A DNA stretch of 62,609 nt, the filler included, from Stramenopiles sp. TOSAG23-2 (Eukaryota): NCBI GenBank assembly GCA_900128395.1. It is 2 parts of 2 records of this genome, joined end to end, with 100 filler letters (N's around TTAATTAATTAA, not from the genome) between each part and the next. Parts side by side here need not be neighbours in the genome. Positions count along the whole stretch, not along the records: positions 31,386 to 62,609 come from LT649374.1; 1 more part is not named here. The stretch is one strand, 5' to 3'. Shown in pieces: positions 58,886 to 62,609 of the stretch. Under the pieces are notes generated by a model. The model had not been told where the DNA came from, searched no databases, and worked only from the letters and a program-made list of their open reading frames with translations. The position numbers and the translations under genes were made by a program. The first letter of the stretch is position 1, and the number at the start of each line of letters is the position of its first letter.

Positions 58886-59039
58886 TTATAGATTTTAACC
58901 ATCGAATTTTATATATGATGTTAATCCATCATTCCGCACATACACACACACGCACATATTTTATTTTACAACACTCCTCCAACGACAAATACAGCTTATC
59001 AACCACACATGTGTATTATTACATTTTGTTGTGTCTTTT

Positions 59040-61595
59040 TTACTTGTCTGTCCCAGTAGTAAGCTCTTCCTTCGCCTTTTCATTAATTTTTGTTGTCATT
59101 TCAGAACTTTTATCAGGAAGATTAGTACCATCACTACTCAATTCAATATCTGACAATTTACCTTCTGGTTCTCTTGCAAAAAAACATCCACCACGAATAG
59201 AATCATCAAATTTACGAAGCTTTGCCAAATCAGTCCGTTGTTTCAAAATTTTTTTCAATGCATGTTGATTTGGTTCGTGTGTAAGAATCATTCTAGCACC
59301 ACGTAGTCGTAAATATGTTCCACACATGGCTGTTATTCCTACAGCCATGAAAACTATACATAAAACTGGAACAAATTGAAGTACCTGTTTTTTTGGATCT
59401 GAAGAAACTAAAAATTCGAAAGTGGATGCGGAGGCAACTAAAAAGACAAAAAACCATATGGAAGCCAATAGCAATTGCACCTTCGCTGTCTTCAATAAGT
59501 CTATAGATGCTTTCTTTGGGTCATTTATGAAAGCTTGTATTACCTCCAGCCCACGGAAATGGTTCATAATCTCTACCGTTTCCATTTCCTCCTCTAAGAA
59601 ATCAACTGGGAGATACATTGTATCAGTACAAGGATCCAGTGCCTCTTTTTTTTGCACATCGTGCACCGCAATACCATTCCTAACCATTTCAAGCTGAGCG
59701 GATGTTCTTAATGGATATTTAAGCTTCAAAATAAATGCACCCATAACCATGACAAATGGAATGTAGATAATAGTGATTCGAATGAAATTCCTAATTGGAG
59801 GGTCTTGTTCTTGCAAGATGCCATCTATTGGTGGTTTATGGCCAAACGTAGATAACAAAGCAATTGGTATTGCAGAAGCTGGAATGGCAGCAATTTTCGG
59901 CATAAAGCCTTTGAACATGGTATATGTTGCTTCCGCTCGTTCTTTTGTCAAGAACTCGTCATAATCAATCACATCTGCCATAACTGTATCTGCTAAGAAT
60001 TTCCCACCAAGCGGCGCGCCATTGAAGAAAGACATGATAATACATAACGTGATAGCCCCTTTACCAACAGGTGCGTAGCATAAGAAGGTAAGTCCATTCG
60101 TAAATGACCAGGCAAGCCATGCATTTCTTTTTCCTAATGTATTTGCAGCCCATAACCACAATGGTACAAATAAAAAGGCACCACCAAGCATTGCAAGTAC
60201 CGATGCAGCAACAACACTATCCGAATTACACATCCAGTTATCAGACCCACCAATCGCTTTACAACCGAGTGTGTCTTGATTGGAAAATTCAGGCTGAACA
60301 ATGTAACGAACGAAAAACACCACTAATGATGTAATGATAGAGGCCCCAAGACTGTCCAAGACAAACGCAGGGAGCAAAAGCGCGAACGGTTTGTTGTTAA
60401 ATGTATTAAGCATTGCTGGCAGTAATGGTGGTGGTTTTCCTAGATTTGCTCCATGCTCCGCTAATTGGCAACGTTCTTTCACGTTATACGCACATAACTC
60501 CAATGCAATTAATGCCCAAACGCCAAAGAATAAACCAGTGTAAAAGTATGCATAACGTTCCGTGTCTAGATTATAAATCATATCTGCTTTAACACGACAG
60601 TCGCACCATTCATTTAGTAACACGTTGCTACTGTTTCCTACATTAGTTGCAGTACCAGTGCAATCCGTATCGAAAACATATCCATTTTGCGTAGCAGATA
60701 AATTATTCGCTAATCCTTGCCAGTAACGTACACTTGGTGGTGCTGCGCTTTGGGAACCCTTCCCGACACCAGGTGGCCAAGGTGCAACTGCGCGTGTCGC
60801 ATTGATCGAGTAATGAGTACCATTCCAATTTGGGATATCACATGAGTCGTATTTGTAGTTCCAAAGATCTCTTACATAGCGAACGCCCCGTTTTGCCATA
60901 ACTGGCAATGTTACTGCACAAAGCCCACCGATTGCATCAAATATGGTGCAAGTGAAGAACAAAGTATTTCTATCTTTTTCATTATCCGTTAATTCCGGTG
61001 CTAATGCATCATACGGAATATTGCAATACGTAGCTGTAAGGAAGAACATGATGTAAAACACACCAAACCAAATAGATACACTGATTGAATCAAAGTTTGG
61101 ATTTGGAGCTAATAAACATATTAACATCACACAATATACCGGCGCACCAGTAATTAAAAACGGCCGTCTTCTACCGCTTGATTTTGTTCTGCAAGAGTCA
61201 GTAATGTAACTCATGGTAGGATCGGTAATAACGTCAAAGCCTCTTGCAAACGCTTGAAATGCGGCTAACAACCCGAGAGTTGCGCCTATTTTCTCGTAGA
61301 AAGATACAACATAGACTGAAATCAAGGTTGCAACTGGTACTGTTGTTAACGATGCTGGGGCATATGACATTTTTACTTTCCAGTCTAAAGTTCCATCTTT
61401 AACACCACCATGAATTTTATTTGCGAAATTATCTTCACGATGCCCTCTCCTAGCTTTCGCTATATCAGGATGCAAACCCTTTGCAACTGCGTGGTGATCA
61501 TCCTCGTGAAGATCACCTGCCATATGTTCTTTATCCTCCTGCGCTTGAGGCTTATTATATGTAAACGATTGTTCAGAACTGTTAATATCGTCCAT
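59040..61595 (-). CDS. MFS transporter, GPH/MelB-like (MFS_2) family
   Basis: 'ARGFDVITDP.M.YITD..RT..GRRRPF', 'IPYDALAPELT....DR', 'GKRNAW', 'MADVIDYDE..T..R.E..Y'. First in-frame ATG at 61595; an upstream exon is possible. Confidence 0.85.
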   Translation of the reverse strand: MDDINSSEQSFTYNKPQAQEDKEHMAGDLHEDDHHAVAKGLHPDIAKARRGHREDNFANKIHGGVKDGTLDWKVKMSYAPASLTTVPVATLISVYVVSFYEKIGATLGLLAAFQAFARGFDVITDPTMSYITDSCRTKSSGRRRPFLITGAPVYCVMLICLLAPNPNFDSISVSIWFGVFYIMFFLTATYCNIPYDALAPELTDNEKDRNTLFFTCTIFDAIGGLCAVTLPVMAKRGVRYVRDLWNYKYDSCDIPNWNGTHYSINATRAVAPWPPGVGKGSQSAAPPSVRYWQGLANNLSATQNGYVFDTDCTGTATNVGNSSNVLLNEWCDCRVKADMIYNLDTERYAYFYTGLFFGVWALIALELCAYNVKERCQLAEHGANLGKPPPLLPAMLNTFNNKPFALLLPAFVLDSLGASIITSLVVFFVRYIVQPEFSNQDTLGCKAIGGSDNWMCNSDSVVAASVLAMLGGAFLFVPLWLWAANTLGKRNAWLAWSFTNGLTFLCYAPVGKGAITLCIIMSFFNGAPLGGKFLADTVMADVIDYDEFLTKERAEATYTMFKGFMPKIAAIPASAIPIALLSTFGHKPPIDGILQEQDPPIRNFIRITIIYIPFVMVMGAFILKLKYPLRTSAQLEMVRNGIAVHDVQKKEALDPCTDTMYLPVDFLEEEMETVEIMNHFRGLEVIQAFINDPKKASIDLLKTAKVQLLLASIWFFVFLVASASTFEFLVSSDPKKQVLQFVPVLCIVFMAVGITAMCGTYLRLRGARMILTHEPNQHALKKILKQRTDLAKLRKFDDSIRGGCFFAREPEGKLSDIELSSDGTNLPDKSSEMTTKINEKAKEELTTGTDK

Positions 61596-62314
61596 GATTA
61601 CGCTTTCCTCTGGAATAACTTTCGCTATTTTTACTATGTTATTATTTAATATCAGATCAGAAATCGGATCTAATATTATATATATTGATAGGTATCTTAA
61701 TATAAAGAAAGGGGGTAAGAGAGAGGAACAAAAAACGTAAGACGATCTTGTTCTATATATATATATCAAACTAATGTATTGATTAACGAAATCTATTGGT
61801 GGAAATCGATGATTGATTCTACTTTAGATCTATCCATATGTGGATTATTATTTTTTATTAATTAAAATATATGTGAAGAAAAAAATGTAGTACTATTTAC
61901 ATGCTAAATAATTGATGATAAGTTGGATATTTCTTCTGTATTTTGAATAGAGTAACTAGAAGATAGTGGCACACCTATAGAGATTTATTAAAAATCACGT
62001 TAATTTATTAAATGTTTTTAGCACCTGGCCAGGCTGGCCCATGGGCTGGCTGTGTGTGTGATGGAGACCGGAAATTCTCTATGCCGAAATGTAGTATCAT
62101 AGTCTAATTTCAAACAAGTATAAAATAAATTCATAAATCCACAGGATCCAGAATGCTATTTTTAATTATAATACATGTTACAGCAGCTATATTAATAATA
62201 CATTTGTATGCTTTCAAATGATATAGGGGGAAATGGATATCTCTCTGGGATCTCTTTTTTTCATCTCTGGCTCAAAATTTGCTCTCAATCTGGCCCGGGC
62301 TGTGTGGCCCAGCT

Positions 62315-62401
62315 TGCAATCCTGTGCAATCTGGCAATCCTGGCAATCCAGGCAATCCAGCAATCCAGGGCCAGAGGGCAATCATCCAGCAATAATCCAG
62401 C
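62315..62401. repeat. Degenerate tandem array of GCAATCC(A/T)G-like units
   Basis: gcaatcctgt gcaatctg gcaatcctg gcaatccag gcaatcca gcaatccag ... gcaatcatcca gcaataatccagc. Confidence 0.7.
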
Positions 62402-62609
62402 ATAATCATCATCATCATCCAATTTGAATAACTGTCAAAAATATATATGTATCTTATTTGATAAATCTCCCAATTAATTATGTGTTAATTTTCTTTATAT
62501 CATTAATTCGAAGAAAACGAGACGTAAATATCGTTATTTATAAATTAAAATACAAAAAAAATGGCAGGTAAATTACAAGTGGATATCAATAAATTACAAA
62601 ATGAAAGTT

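Noticed and set aside
378-61649. Numerous short antisense or overlapping ORFs in the track (e.g. 2684-3265, 25376-26089)
   Set aside because: Shadows of long genes on the other strand or frame, with no independent motifs.
62208-62427. Short ORFs with QSWQS/LAIQ repeats
   Set aside because: Translation of the nucleotide repeat array; no evidence of coding.

Overview
AT-rich, gene-dense, nearly intron-free nuclear DNA from a eukaryote. Ciliary genes (DYNC2LI1, SPAG17/PF6) indicate a flagellated cell; a heterotrophic protist such as a stramenopile is my inference. About 25 protein genes are recognisable: importin-5, eIF3m, SMC5, a LysA-type decarboxylase, TrmB, a C5 DNA methyltransferase, a PNGase F-like enzyme, NSE2/MMS21, a JmjC protein, a HERC-type E3 ligase, mitochondrial intermediate peptidase and a GPH/MFS transporter, among others. 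Two GT-AG introns can be read directly. The draft assembly has many artefacts: an N gap, a synthetic N44-TTAATTAATTAA-N44 linker at 31286-31385, an inverted gene segment, and about 17 short tandem duplications to the right of the linker that split ORFs. Best leads: (1) two paralogous ~410-aa multipass proteins with the architecture of insect odorant/gustatory receptor-like 7TM ion channels (7TMIC/GRL); (2) a C5 methyltransferase with a possible C-terminal chromodomain-like module; (3) a ~200-bp interspersed repeat family in four copies, one interrupted by a TIR element with a 26-bp perfect TIR and a TTAT duplication; (4) an intron-containing membrane protein resembling a virus/bacteria-associated family (DUF5765-like). 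All family assignments come from reading motifs by eye; no searches were run.
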